Under the pieces are notes generated by a model. It worked only from the letters and a program-made list of their open reading frames with translations. It had not been told where the DNA came from and searched no databases. The translations under genes and the position numbers were made by a program. From positions 66,900,001 to 66,964,000 of the forward strand of contig OZ076409.1 in the NCBI GenBank assembly GCA_964187785.1: a stretch of DNA of 64,000 bases. The letters run 5' to 3'. The stretch comes from Amphiscolops sp. MND2022 (taxonomy: Eukaryota). The stretch's first letter is position 1. Every line of letters starts with the position of its first letter. Below are positions 12,201-24,215 of the stretch, piece after piece.

Positions 12201-15200
12201 CCGAATGGGTACCCACGGAAGGTAAAGGATACGAAAGAGGCTAAAGTATTCATACCCTTTGAGTTTTTCATAGTATGTACGGTATCCTCTCGAAACTATG
12301 AGACCGAAGGTTCTAGGACATTACGCCCAAAGACATTACGCCTAAATCGGACATTACGCCCTATAATTTGAAATATTGTTGAATGTATAATTATTGGGCG
12401 TAATGTCTTTTGTCACCCCTTAGGCTCATTTTCGACGCTGCGACTTTTTTTGAAAATTTCATTTTTTTTTCACCTAAGAATCTCCCCTTCGATTTTTTTC
12501 AAGTTTTCAGTTAGGGTAATACACTTCAAGAGCGCAAAGGGTCCCCTTCAGGCTTTTTGGCACTGTATGTTTTTTTGGTATTTTTTCGGAAAAAATAATT
12601 TCGCCAATTTTTCTTTTTTTTTCGTTTTTAGTTAGAAGAAAGCGTTTTCCGAGCACGAAGAGTATTTTCGGTACTTTTATATTTGTGAGATTTCCCTTGA
12701 AAGATCCCTGAGTATATTTTAAAAACTTTGCTCTTTTTGAGCCTTAAGCGGGGCGCCGATTTGAGACGTTCCCGTCTTGTTTCTTTTTTGACCTCACGGT
12801 AATGTTGACCTCACGGTTCATTTTTGCATCACAGCTTTTTCTGAGAAGATCGAACGAAAACGCCAACGACGAAAAAAATAGTTTCGTTGCAAATGTACTC
12901 ATGGAATTACTTGAATTTTTATTCCAAGAAACTTTTTGAAGATGTATGTTTCTAAAACTAATTCTAGGCGCAAAATTAAATGGGTGCTTAGAGGGTGTCT
13001 TGTAGTACTTACCCCTGAGGTTGACGCGAGAGAGGACTTGGACTTGCGTTTCTTGGTCCTGTGCAGTTTGTGAGCCAGCTGGATTGTACCCAGAGACTCC
13101 TCGTAGTGGTCTGGCTGACATGACACATGAGAGATCATCACTGTGCAACATGTGCCTCCACCAATGACCTCTTTCAACATCTGGGTCAACTTGCTGTCTC
13201 TGGTAAATAGAAGGGCTCAAAGGTCACAACTAAAGTTTTCAAAAGGTCAAATCTAAGTTGGCTTGTTCTGTTGGCTGATTAATGAGGTTTCGCGTGGGTG
13301 TGAAATTGAACTTTCAAAAGAGTTTTCTAATTCGTTAATCGAAAATAAGCTGGTCAAAATAGTTTATCGAACAGATTTCATAATAATTGGCAACAAACCT
13401 CAATAGCGCTTCATCAAAAGGCCTGATGATTGCCCAATACGTTGTTTGATTCATATGTGGTTATTGAATATATAATCAGTAAATTGCTTGCAATAATTTT
13501 AACGAGCTTTCAAACTTTCCCTAATTTCAATTGAACTCATCTTGAATTAACTATCAAAGCATTTCGCTTCGCTTAGCGACCGCATTAGTAATTACCATCA
13601 ATAGAGCATCAATTAACTATATGGTCCCGTTGATAATTTGTATGTTTCATCGATGATTCTTACGACTATATAAAATATTTCTACGTCACCGTGAACGTTG
13701 GTGCTTCTTACCTATGTGGTACATGTCTGGATCCATTCATCAGAGCCAGAAGGACATTTCCCAGGGCATTGTAGGAGAGGAATGATCCAGATGTAGCGCT
13801 GGGTTCCTCGCCTCTGGGTTTGTTGCAGTTTCCCAGATCAATAAGATGCAATCTGCTTCTTCCTCCACATACTGTAAGAATATGTCGCAATGTTTGGAAA
13901 CAATAGATGGAAAAAGCTTTGCGCAAAATTTCATTTCCACGGAACGGTCGGTCACAAGGAACTTTAAATTCCGCAAAGTTCCATCACACAATTTTTTTGA
14001 AGATTTTTGAAGATTATAAATTGAGTTAATTCGAGTCTATTATAATGCACTATCAGTTCAGTAGATTTGAAAATTTGTTTAAAAAATGTGTATATTCCTG
14101 AATGGCTTCTCAAGTTCTTGGTTTCTTCTGCGAAGATATTTTTGATTAATCAGTTAAATTAATGTCTAGAAACTTCACAGTAACCCGTCACAGATTACAT
14201 GATTACATTTCATGATAACTATTTATCATTCAAATCAACATCGGCTCAAACATTCGCTGTTTTAGTGCTGATCGGTTGATTGCAGAAGCTTGTTAGAAAA
14301 AGCTTTAAATATTCTGTAATTGCAATTTTGTTTCATTTCAGCTGAAACACGGGTTTTGTTTGATGTATTTGCGCTCATTATCGTTTTCCCTTGTTTGAAG
14401 CTTTTTCATCAAAATTGGACTGAAACCATTTATTAAATGTACCGAGAAACTTTTCTTGTACAATCACCACACATTGAACAGTTTCCAGAAATTCCGCACA
14501 GTTTTGACAGAAGTTGTTCCGAAACTTGTGCGAAAGTTGTCAAAACAACAAGAAAACCTGTGAAAACGCCAATAATGAGATACTATTCTGCAACACAGAT
14601 GGAAAATCAAATTTTGTTATTCAGAAGATCAACAAGTTTAGATCATGTCATGGTAGCAACAACCCGTGTTTTTATTTTACACTTTGCTATAATTCCCTTT
14701 CATCTCAGAGCGTTTGCATTCTCAGAAGTAGAATTACCTGAACTTTATCTCCGAAGTGCAGTGAATTTCGGTATATCATATCCCTTTTCGTAACCAAAAT
14801 ATAGCGCTCGATAAATCAGTTTTAAACTTTCTTTTTTGATAAGATACTTGAATACTTGCATCTTTACTTCCCTAGGTTGAAAAAAAATAAATCTTGAAAA
14901 AATCTTGCAAGATGTCTTGCAAGATCTTGCAAGTCGATGCATTATTCTTGCAAACTGTCAATTGACACTCCTCGAAAATATTTTCTACTTACGTTCACTT
15001 CTACTAGTTTGGAATTTGAAGGGGTTTTTCGAGAGGTCATGTTAACAGCTGAACTCTTTTAGTCGGCGTTTTCGAAGAAAATGCACGATTCTTACAGTGG
15101 CTAATTTTTTTCGTCAGTTCAACGCGATCGGTCCACTTTTTCTGCTCATTCAGACTTTTTGTCTTCGCCGGGCCTTTCGCCCTTGAAAGGCTTCGCCGGG

Positions 15201-18200
15201 CCTTTCAAATGACACTCGAACTTTTCGCTGAAGCTTCATTTAAAAAACTTCTGTATGCGGTTTCAATGGTGGCAAACTGTGTTACTAGAGTGTGACAGTA
15301 ACTTAGCAAACAGTTGCTGTGTTTTTGAGAAAAAGTTAATTTTCTGAAAAGTATTTTTTTTTGCAAATTTTCACTTTTTTCTAGTTACCTTTTTGCCGGT
15401 GGTTCGGGAAACAAACTATTTTGACACAAATAACAACTCGCTCCAGGTAGTCCAATAGATTGTTGATTAGAAAAACAAAACTTCGTTTTCCTATAAGCTT
15501 TTTGCGTTTCGTAATATTTTATTGATTGTGAAAAAATCGCTGTCCTCATTTGGGGACAAAAGCACTGTCGAGGTTAATGAGCCTAAAGGGTCTCTTTTTG
15601 GGTTTCTCGGCATTATGCGACTTTTTATATCAAATACTTTTTGGAAAATTTTAATTTTTCTCAAAGGCAAATTAGTTTTTTCTGATGTTTCCAGTGCAGA
15701 AAAAAAAACGTTTTCGAGTTTCGGGGAAAACCCTTTCGGGATTTTTCGGCACTGTGTGATAAATGAGAAATTTCACAATAGGCTGAGTTTTTCCTTGAAT
15801 ATTATTGAGCCTTAGACATGACGCCAACTTGGGCCGTTCCCGGCTTGTTTTTTTTTTTAAATTTAAATTCATGAGGCGTCGCATATGCCTAAGAATCTTC
15901 TACCACAGTCATCACGGTATTTGATATTCATTATCACCATAATCATAGATATTCAGTATTAAAATTGTCTCAAAAACTGGTATTTGGTAATATTGTTTCG
16001 ATCTTTGACGTAACCGTAGACCTTTGATGCTAACCTCCATTTTTCTTGGTGCGGTCAACTCTGTACTGGTATATGTGGAGAGTGAAGATCATATGGGAAG
16101 GCAGGTATTCCTCTTCAGAAGAACCATCTGAAACACAATTCGAACCTGAACACGAAAAATTTTATGAACAAACAATTATTACGTCATCAGAGAAGAAAAA
16201 GAATTACTGTAAAAGTATCAAGATCGAAATATTTTGTGGTGAAACTTGGTTTTGAAAAATAAAGGAGATTCTTTTAAAATATCAAAATTAACCAGGACTT
16301 TCGGTATCAGAAAGGTAGAAAATGTGAAAAATTCAAACATGATGGAGCTACAGATCGGAACTGTACTGTCCTTATAGGAGTATGCCCCCTATAAATATTT
16401 ATGTACAACAAAATTTGCAGCAGGTCAAAAGGTTTTCTATTCATGCAAAATCCTAGCAAGATAAGTTTCGTAAATTTCCAAACGTCTTTGCTCATATCTT
16501 TTGAAGCTGCGACGTTGTCCATAAATTGCCAATGCGGAGTGAACATCAAAGATGTCTTTTTCAGCAAAAATTTTCTCATTACCAATTTTTAGACTTGTAT
16601 TTCATTAAAAAATTGAATGCACAATTTTGGCGGTCCAATTTTTCTTTGTGAAAAATGAATTCCATATGTCTTTCTGTTTGAAATTTTTCATGTTGAAAAA
16701 CACCGGCAAGCCGCGCCCATTGCATATTTAAATTAAAAGCTTTCTTTTTCTGTTTGCAATAAATTTATGAGAGAAAAACACTATTGAGCGAAAATGATTA
16801 ATGTAAGTTCATTTGGTGAAATTCCGCGCCAGAGTCTTTTGATTTTCAATTAGCTAAAAAAATGAAAAAAAAACTTTGAAATAAAAATTATTGATCTAAT
16901 TATTAAGGTTGCCGTTAAATTTGACTTATAGAGCTCTGCGAAGTTCTTTACGAATGCGGCAAGAAAACTTTTAAAAAAGAATCAAATTATTCAGAGTGGT
17001 AAATTGTGTTATAAAAGAGCGATGAATTTTTGCTTAATCGCTTTCTTTTTAGACTTTCTTACTTTGAAGAAATCGAAATTCTTTTGAACTTGAAACGGTA
17101 TTATTGAAGTGACTAATTAGAAATTCAAAGAAAACACTAAACGCTAGACAAATCGGTCTAAACTCATGTTGAAAGTAAAAACGAAAATGAAGTTCAAGAT
17201 TTTGGAATATCCAACTTGAGGTTATTTCATTGAAAATGAACTTGAAAATTGCAAAAACATTAACTGAAAAATTTTAAAATAATATTTTTGATACCACTCT
17301 AAAATTTTCAATTTTCAAGGATTTTTTTTGAGCTTTCTCCGCCCTAACGGAGCGCCTAATCGGAGCGTTTCTGACATTTTTCGGCGGTGACTTTGACTTG
17401 AATCGATTGGAATTTGACAACCATCGGAGACCAAATGCTACCAAGGCTAATCAAAAGTGCCTGGAATTTCTGATCACACGTGTGACGGGAGGTGGGTTCA
17501 CAGGTTAACCTCATGTCATCATTCGGCAGCTTCTCTCACCAGTGACCTATGACCTTGATTTACAAGTGTACCTTCAAAGTCGAGGAGTGGTCTCATATAC
17601 CTCCCTCGTCCAAATTTCTGTCACAATTACGTCATTGTTGACAGCTATGTTTCAGATATTGGCCAAATTGAAACGAAAAACTAGATCTATTGAGTGCCAA
17701 AGCGCCGCTTGGTGAAGCCTAGGAAAATAGGTTGTCATTTTTTCTTCGAAGGTTGTTTTTAATTTTATTACTTTTGGGTAAGTGTTTTTATTGAACAGCA
17801 ATATAGTTCTAAAAAATCGATACCGCTGCTTTTCAATAATCTTTTTTAAATGCAAAAATGAGAAGAAATGCCTAGTTTAAAAAGAGTTTCTAGAAATAAA
17901 AACAATAAGTTTACTTGAATTCGAACGTTTTTCAACAATAGTAAATGAGAATCAAGTTTTCAAATTGAATTTCTCAAGACTTTGCTGAAAAAATGGCAAA
18001 AAAGGGCGAATGAGAAAAAATTGCTTCCAAACATGACAAATTTTAGAGGCGGATTGAGACTAATAGGATACTTGAACATGTTACCATATAGTTACTATAT
18101 AGAATTAAGATACTCTGGGAAGAAGGGCTACAGTATATAATATCGAGAAATTATAGTCTAATGCAGCAAATTACAATGAAAACTCCACACATATGTTTTC

Positions 18201-21200
18201 TGATAATCAGAATACGAATGAATAATTTCTGAAGGAAAGAGGAAAATATAGTTCAAGTTTAGCTCATTTTTATTTATCTTTTTACGTACTTATTTATTGC
18301 TGAAAAGTGATTTGAATGAACTTCAATTTCCAGAGGCGAATGTCGCTGAAGTGTTCCTCATTCTCCCGGAAAACGAAACTTCAACTCAAGTACTTGTGTG
18401 ACAGATTATTATCAATTTGGGCGGTGTTTGAAAAATTCCCATTCTCATCATTTCAGACTCTCTTGAAGTAGACAGTCATTGGTTCTACTTGAATTTAAAA
18501 TACTATATTTGCTAATTCTTTGCGCCTTCGGATGAAAATGGAAGAGAAAGCTGGCCAACTCAGCAGCCTTTCAGTGCGATTTTTGACCAAAAATTGTTAT
18601 AAAACTTGCTGTTCATCTCACAAAATGGCACTAACTCAGTACAATATACCCACATCCAAATTATTTTCAAAACATAGATTCCAAAAGGCTTTTTCTTTAA
18701 CACAACTTTTTATTAACAATGTTTGAGTTTATTCATTAGGACGCCAATCGGGGAAAAACAGGACCGCAGCAAATCTGTTTCGGTAGGTGCGAAAACCAAC
18801 TTTTGTCAAATATTGAAAAAATCAAAACTTCCCCGATTGGCGTCGTAATGTTTATTACAAAATCAAATGATCAATTTTAGAACTAATTCTACAACTTTGC
18901 AGTGTTTAAATAGGTTGATATTGGAAGCAAACTATTAAATACCCGGGTCTGTAATGAATGGTTGGTTATTATAATAAATTTTTACTAACTTTTGAAGTGG
19001 GGCTGGGTAGTTCTAGCGTGAAGGGCGGCGTCCAGGTAGAAGGCAGCCTTGTCCGCAGTTGCCGCCCTCAGCTCCGAGTGGTTATGCAGGTGGAAACCCC
19101 CCGCTGCTCCCCCGTCACGTGGTTGCAGGAAGATACCGGGCGACTCGTTCGAACAGTTGAAGATACTTCCTAGAAACAAGGAATAATATTGAAATATGCA
19201 AATGAAGTAATATTCAGTCAGGAAACACGCGTTTTGACCATACCCTAGATTGGCTGAATCACGAGGTGCAGTATTCTAATGAGTCGAAAACGAGACAAAT
19301 ATGGGTTTAACGGTTACAGAACTGATCGGGTCTTTATTCGTCAATTTACAGGGAAAAGTTTCGAATCTTACATCATTCGAAATACAACATTGTTAATTCT
19401 AGGTTTCGTTCAGTCAAAACTTTTTGAAAAACACTCAATGGATTTGTTATTTTTTCGAAATATCCATCTCATTTCAGTCCTGTAAGTAATTCAGTTCTCT
19501 AAGAATCTTCATTTTTGATAACCCATAAGGAACACCAATTCCCTACTAAAGTAAAACAAGCCGGGACCATATCTAAGGCTCAAAATTAGCAAAAGGACTT
19601 CAAAGTGTCGAAGTATTGGTGAATTAGGGACCCTTTGGTGAATTTTTTTTAAAAAATGTCTCACAATGCCAAAAAATTGAAAGGGGGACCCCAAAACTCC
19701 AAAAAAATTGAAGGGGGACCCTTTGGGGAAAAATATTTTTTCGAGAAAAAAAGTCGCACAATGCCGAAAAAACTGAAAGACCCTTTAGTCTCGCCCGGTA
19801 TTGTATGTTAAAAGCCATGACTATAGTCGACTCTTTTCTTAAGAGAAGGGCCGACTAAAAAATAGAGGATTTTTTCTTAATTGTAATTTATCCTTGTCAC
19901 GTGACTTACCTCCCGTGTCCTGGTCAGCGAGCAAGTCTTTCACGTGTTCATCTTTTCCATGGATCTCGACAGAGGATACCCGCACCGAGAACTTGGCACC
20001 TGTTTTCTGTTTCTGCTCGTTGATGAGTCTGAACAGCCACGAAATAGCACAGGGCACTATGCCCACTGTCTGTAGGGAGGTGTCTTCTCCAATCATCGTG
20101 AACGTTTTGCCTGAAAAAAAAAGCAATATAAATTTCAGAAACAATCTGAAAAAAATTCTGGGAACTCCCAGGGTGGCGTGAATCCCTTCGTTACATTTGA
20201 AAAGACTTGAGAACAAAAAGTCGCTCTGTGCCGAAAAGACGTTTCAGAATTCAAATTCACCAAACAATTGAGCACTTCGAACAATTTGGAAGATTTTTGG
20301 GAATTCCTTTTCCAAAGAGATCGAAGCAATTGTTCTCGTTTTTGTCCAAAAACCAAAAGAAAAATTAAAATTAGGAACTTTGGTGGTGAATTGGAAAACC
20401 GCCGATGGTATTAATTTTGTCATTTGTCTTCTATTGATAGACGTCTTATGAGATTAGTCATTATACGCCGCCCACCCTCGTGTCGCGAATGGGCTAGAAG
20501 AAAAAAGGCGGTGTTCAGTACGGCTTGCAATTGACTTTATGCCCCAGCATTCTCGCAGTCAACCCATCTCCGGGCTAGATCGATGTACGTTGGACATATT
20601 TGACCGCATTTTCTGTCTTTCGCGATTGTTAATAGAATTAGCGTGGCTTCTAGCATCCAAAAAAGGTGTGGTCTTTCTTGATTAATCGGCGCAATCAACG
20701 CTTTGATTTATTCACGTCTTATCAATTTGCTGTCAAAAAGGTAGCGGGTAGGTGAAATACTTCCCAAAGGGCGGGGACAGGGTTGAATAATTATAATTGC
20801 CTACCCAAGTTGGCATTTCCAAATCCAAATACGCATCCATCGTTGCCGTTGATAACTGATTGTAAAACTTCTGGCAGCGTGCTCGCACAAATCTCGGCCT
20901 GAAAAAGGTCAAATGCTGCTTTTAGGTCAATTACTTACATTAATCATTAACACCCCTCAATCACTTATGCAAATTGGTTACTTTTGTTATGATACCTCTT
21001 CTGTAAATTAATGACAATTCTAAAAGGCGTGGTTTCCGAAGCTTGAACTGTTTTAGCCGTTTTCTTTTTCAAAGCCCACTTTCATTAATAAAGGTAGTTG
21101 ATGCTTTAGGAGAAGAAACATTTTTAAAACAGTGGTATTTTTAGTCTGAAAAAGCACTTTCACTTTTAAAAGTAATTTTAGTAAATTTCTTAAAAGGTGC

Positions 21201-24200
21201 TTGAGTTTTTGTGAAATTACCTGGGCGGCGTCCTCTGCGAAGACGTGATCAAAGGCGAACATTTTCGGGGGTGCGTTTGTGAGTTTGGAGGAAGGGTCAC
21301 GCGGGTCATTGAGCACGACCTGTTTTCTGCGGTCATCGACCGAAATAAAGCTGTTGGGTGACGCGATACCGTCTTTGCTCTCAGGACTCATTCGAAGGGC
21401 CACTTTGAACTGAAATAAATGGGAAAAATTAATTCCGCTAATTAATTTTTGATTTCTTGGAAAAGAATTAGCTATTCGATCTTTTTTTTGCAAATTTTTC
21501 GATCATAACAAATTCAATCCTGCAGAGCACATCTACAGCATTCCTGTGAAATTTCATGGATTTTTTTCAGTTGGGTCAAAATTCAAGCCACTGAAGAATT
21601 CGTAAACTTGATTAAATTCAACAAATACAAACACGCATTTTTTGCAGCGAAAACTCAATTTCCTAACGTGATATATGTAAATCGAGCAAATTTTTCCATG
21701 GAGTAGATTTGTGGGAGTTACTTGCGCATAAAACTTGCCAAAAAACTGTGGATAAAACGGTCAAAATTGAAAAAACGGCAAAAAGTCGCAATTTTGATCG
21801 AAATCAGCTAATTGTTACTTTCTCAATTCTTGTCCCCGAAATTTTAAAAAAACTACAATGTAAACTAGATGAAATTCTGATAAATTTTTAGTTTTGATGT
21901 TTTTCAAAATTTTCAACCGACTTCGAGAAAATCGAGTCTAAAATCGCGGAGGATGATTTCTTAATTACAGTACTGTATCTACAATTCTCATGTCTATGAA
22001 GTCACAATTATACGGTGTGGTATACTTTACCGCACGTCATTATTTTTACAAATGGCGTGAAAAGGGATCTCCTTTTCATGGAAAACAATGACAAAAAGGC
22101 TGATTCTGATATGCAAATTTGTTTTATGGACCTGCATTATATCTATAAAATGTAATGCATCGTTTTTTCGTCTTTCCACTGACATTTCATTTAATTCAAT
22201 TAATCAATTTTATAATGAATGCTTTTATTAAAAACTGCGTTTATGCTCTTTTCCTTTCAGTTACGGCTCAAAGGCTCATTTCTAGTGGCATGTTAGCAAT
22301 AATGGGTGGGATTTTCATTTCAAAAATCGAATTTTAATCACCCACTTTTATTGAGCATCGAGAAAAATATGAACCATGGGTTATAATTATTGCACCGCCT
22401 TCTTAAGTCTTTTTCAAAAAAATCCAATTAAAATGCTTGAAAAAAGAAGCGGTTTTTCCAAGTTTGAAGCGAAAAGGGAAATCATTTTCTATTTTTTTTT
22501 CAAATAGAAAACTTTTAATTCTGCACGCTAAAAAACAAATATTGAAGGGATGCAGCAGCTGAAAATGCACAACTTTTGTCATCAACTTTATTTGAAACTG
22601 ATTGAGATGAAAAATTATATTTTCGAAAAAATTCCAAGACTCACTTTTCCAGCCGTTGATGTTCTTCTGTCCACGTTTCTAAACAATCCAGGAGGGGCTG
22701 AGGGGGGATTGTTGGTTAAGCACAGTCCAAAATTGGTTGGAAACGGGTGTTCTTGTTCCAGAAAAGGTCCCGCACCGCCGCTGGATCCGTTGCCAGACAT
22801 TTTCTGCGCTCTCTTTTTGTCTTTGGCTATTTTCTGAGTCGCTCTGAAACGGAGAAAAGAATGTTAAGTCATAAGTCATAATAAATTTGTAATAAATCGC
22901 AATCTAAACACGCTTCGGCTGTTGGATAAATTAGCTGACACCCTCGATTTTATCTGTCAAACTATCTTCTGCTTTTGATTGACAGCTGTAGAAAAGGACA
23001 CAGAAGCCAAGAGCTAGAATGACGTCACATTAAACTCTTGCCAGTTAGCTCAGCTGAAAAGCCCGTGAGTACGTTGCCTTCTATTGTCCAGGCATCGATA
23101 AAATTTTCCTTGTAATTTGTTTATATATTGCAATTTGTAAGGAATTCCTGTCGTTTTACTTGTAATTTTTGTAAATTGAGGGCGGCTGTTTCAAATTAAT
23201 TTTGTCAAAAACACAACAAGATTGATGAAATTAAATTTCAAATGAAAATGAAAACACTATTGAGAATACATTCGAAGTTGAGCGAAAACATGATAACGGA
23301 ACTGAAATTGAAATCCAAACAACTGTTTTTGAAATGTCCAAATTTTGATTTTTACAGATCAGGCTGCATTTTGAGCGAAAAAAGAAGCATAACAAAAAGG
23401 TTCATTTGAGTTGCAGTATTGATTTCCGCGTGGGGACATTTTTCTGTACATTTTTTTTCTTCTGGAATAGATTCCAAATTTCTTTTTTTAATTACAATCA
23501 AAAATCAATGTGTTTTATTTTAACTCATTCCCTACACATACTGAGGCATAAGACGATCAGTCTTGTATCAATTGCCCGTAAGTGGGATAATTTTGAGGAT
23601 TTTTGACTGTGATGGGGTATTATAACAGTATCCCTGTAGTAACAGAGGGATAACCCACGTTCTCATAAATCGCATATCCCCATTATATTACGTAATATTA
23701 CATAATAGGTTACGCAACAGTTCATTTGGATCATTAATCGGTCATTGATACACTACGGCCCTTTGAACTTTTATACAAAAGCGCGTAGTAGTGCATATAA
23801 TTATATAGTTTTTCAATATGTGAATGATATAGCACATGGCATAAAAACCCACGTATAATGTGAAATTACTCATTAAAGGGCGAAGAATAGATGAAAGAGG
23901 AAATTACTTTGCGAAAAAAGAAGCGGCTGCGTCGGCCACTGGTTTTTGACAATGACTCCCATCAAAGACAGAAATTCCCAGACTGTTGCTCTGGTGATTA
24001 GGTACATGTCCCATCATGTCCGGACAGTTGGTATTAGCACCAGCGAAGTTCCCGGACCACGATGACTCATCACTGAATGACGAAACCTGTGTCGGGAAGC
24101 CTGGCATCTGTTGATGAAAATTCGGTTGTTCCTGTTTTTGCTGGAAATTTTGGAATTCGGGTTTCTGGCTGTTCCGGGCTGCATTAGTCTGGGCATTGGC

Positions 24201-24215
24201 ATGATGAGAGGCCAT
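3119..24215 (-). CDS. KIF26: Kinesin-11 family (KIF26A/B, VAB-8-like) gene; 16 coding exons, ~1784 aa; 5' end uncertain
   Basis: Exons joined by GT-AG introns with matching phases give one open frame of 5355 nt. KIF26 signatures: [33 protein letters not shown]-loop [93 protein letters not shown]. Confidence 0.93.
3578..3980 (-). CDS. KIF26: KIF26 exon 15 ([10 protein letters not shown]...Gly/His/Gln-rich...HKLP)
   Basis: ttttacag acceptor, GTGAGT donor, phase 0->1; GC-rich block inside the 148-aa ORF. Confidence 0.78.
4808..4940. repeat. Four short degenerate repeats (TGTCAGTATGACGTCAC) carrying CRE palindromes
   Basis: TGACGTCA at 4818, 4889 and 4929, TGACGTTA at 4859, TTACGTCA at 4907. 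Confidence 0.7.
4995..5039 (-). CDS. KIF26: KIF26 exon 14, 45-nt symmetric exon ([15 protein letters not shown])
   Basis: tctcag acceptor, CAG|GTAATT donor, phase 0->0; can be skipped without a frameshift. Confidence 0.55.
6554..6672 (-). CDS. KIF26: KIF26 exon 13 ([39 protein letters not shown])
   Basis: ctacag acceptor, GTACGT donor, phase 1->0; GC-richer than its flanks. Confidence 0.72.
6960..7135 (-). CDS. KIF26: KIF26 exon 12 (GMKYRDCC...[17 protein letters not shown])
   Basis: ttttgcag acceptor, GTACGT donor, phase 2->1 fits both neighbours; no homology support. Confidence 0.72.
7484..10036 (-). CDS. KIF26: KIF26 exon 11, 2553-nt exon encoding a Ser/Pro/Asn-rich low-complexity tail
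   Basis: Contains the 840-aa ORF of the track; tttcag acceptor, GTAAGT donor, phase 2->2. A giant tail exon is typical of KIF26 genes. Confidence 0.9.
10551..10876 (-). CDS. KIF26: KIF26 exon 10 (Ser/Gly-rich; [32 protein letters not shown])
   Basis: ctttag acceptor, GTGAGG donor, phase 0->2; strongly conserved post-motor KIF26 motif. Confidence 0.92.
12084..12782 (+). mobile_element. Helentron/HINE-like non-autonomous element, copy A (in a KIF26 intron)
   Basis: 5' TTTTCAGTCAGCGCC..CGACT; 3' GGCGCCGATTTGAGACGTTCCCGTCTTGTT; ends shared with other copies in the window. Confidence 0.65.
12309..12418. mobile_element. Small foldback MITE nested in copy A
   Basis: GACATTACGCC x3 (12317, 12332, 12350) facing inverted GGCGTAATGTC (12397); no clear TSD. 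Confidence 0.5.
13013..13199 (-). CDS. KIF26: KIF26 exon 9, motor end ([10 protein letters not shown]...[19 protein letters not shown])
   Basis: taccag acceptor, GTAAGT donor, phase 2->0. Confidence 0.93.
13712..13871 (-). CDS. KIF26: KIF26 exon 8, switch-II region ([15 protein letters not shown]...[19 protein letters not shown])
   Basis: ttacag acceptor, GTAAGA donor, phase 1->2. Confidence 0.95.
14890..14955. repeat. Cluster of TCTTGCAAGA palindromic motifs, probable MITE remnant
   Basis: tcttgcaagatgtcttgcaagatcttgcaag...ttcttgcaa seen directly. Confidence 0.45.
15057..15849 (+). mobile_element. Helentron/HINE-like element, copy B
   Basis: 5' TTTTAGTCGGCG; 3' GACGCCAACTTGGGCCGTTCCCGGCTTGTT followed by a T run. 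Confidence 0.7.
16035..16127 (-). CDS. KIF26: KIF26 exon 7, switch-I region ([30 protein letters not shown]); not in the ORF track
   Basis: tttcag acceptor, GTTAGC donor, phase 1->1; [11 protein letters not shown] is typical of KIF26. Confidence 0.92.
18734..18850. mobile_element. 117-bp MITE with 21-bp TIRs and a 6-bp TSD (TTTATT)
   Basis: CATTAGGACGCCAATCGGGGA / TCCCCGATTGGCGTCGTAATG (1 mismatch); TTTATT at 18728-18733 and 18851-18856. Confidence 0.8.
18990..19169 (-). CDS. KIF26: KIF26 exon 6 (SPGIFLQ...[22 protein letters not shown])
   Basis: ttctag acceptor, GTTAGT donor, phase 1->1. Confidence 0.92.
19555..19862 (-). mobile_element. Helentron/HINE-like element, copy C (reverse orientation, internally deleted)
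   Basis: Starts AACAAGCCGGG..CCATATCTAAGGCTC, has internal AAATTGAAGGGGGACCC units, ends GCCGACTAAAAA; closely similar to 57980-58190. Confidence 0.7.
19910..20110 (-). CDS. KIF26: KIF26 exon 5 (KTFTMIG...[11 protein letters not shown]...VKDLL)
   Basis: Polypyrimidine tract plus cag acceptor, GTAAGT donor, phase 1->1. Confidence 0.95.
20805..20898 (-). CDS. KIF26: KIF26 exon 4 ([32 protein letters not shown]); not in the ORF track
   Basis: ttttcag acceptor, GTAGGC donor, phase 0->1; first half of the P-loop. Confidence 0.92.
21221..21409 (-). CDS. KIF26: KIF26 exon 3, motor start (FKVALRM...[17 protein letters not shown])
   Basis: tttcag acceptor, GTAATT donor, phase 0->0; kinesin KVxxR and FxFDxVF motifs. 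Confidence 0.93.
22645..22843 (-). CDS. KIF26: KIF26 exon 2 ([10 protein letters not shown]...FPTNFG...STAGK)
   Basis: tttcag acceptor, GTGAGT donor, phase 2->0; conserved pre-motor FPTNF/PPSAPP segment. Confidence 0.9.
23908..24215 (-). CDS. KIF26: KIF26 exon 1 (first identified; MASHH...AAASFFAK)
   Basis: TAG acceptor at 24222-24224 just upstream of the ATG, so more 5' exons exist. GTAATT donor at 23907, phase 2. Ends in the KIF26 AAASFF motif. Confidence 0.85.

Noticed and set aside
12744..13220. 158-aa ORF whose end matches part of the ORF at 36503
   Set aside because: Wrong frame of exon 9 running through the intron into a HINE-like end; the shared KQDGNVS..RPA is repeat sequence.
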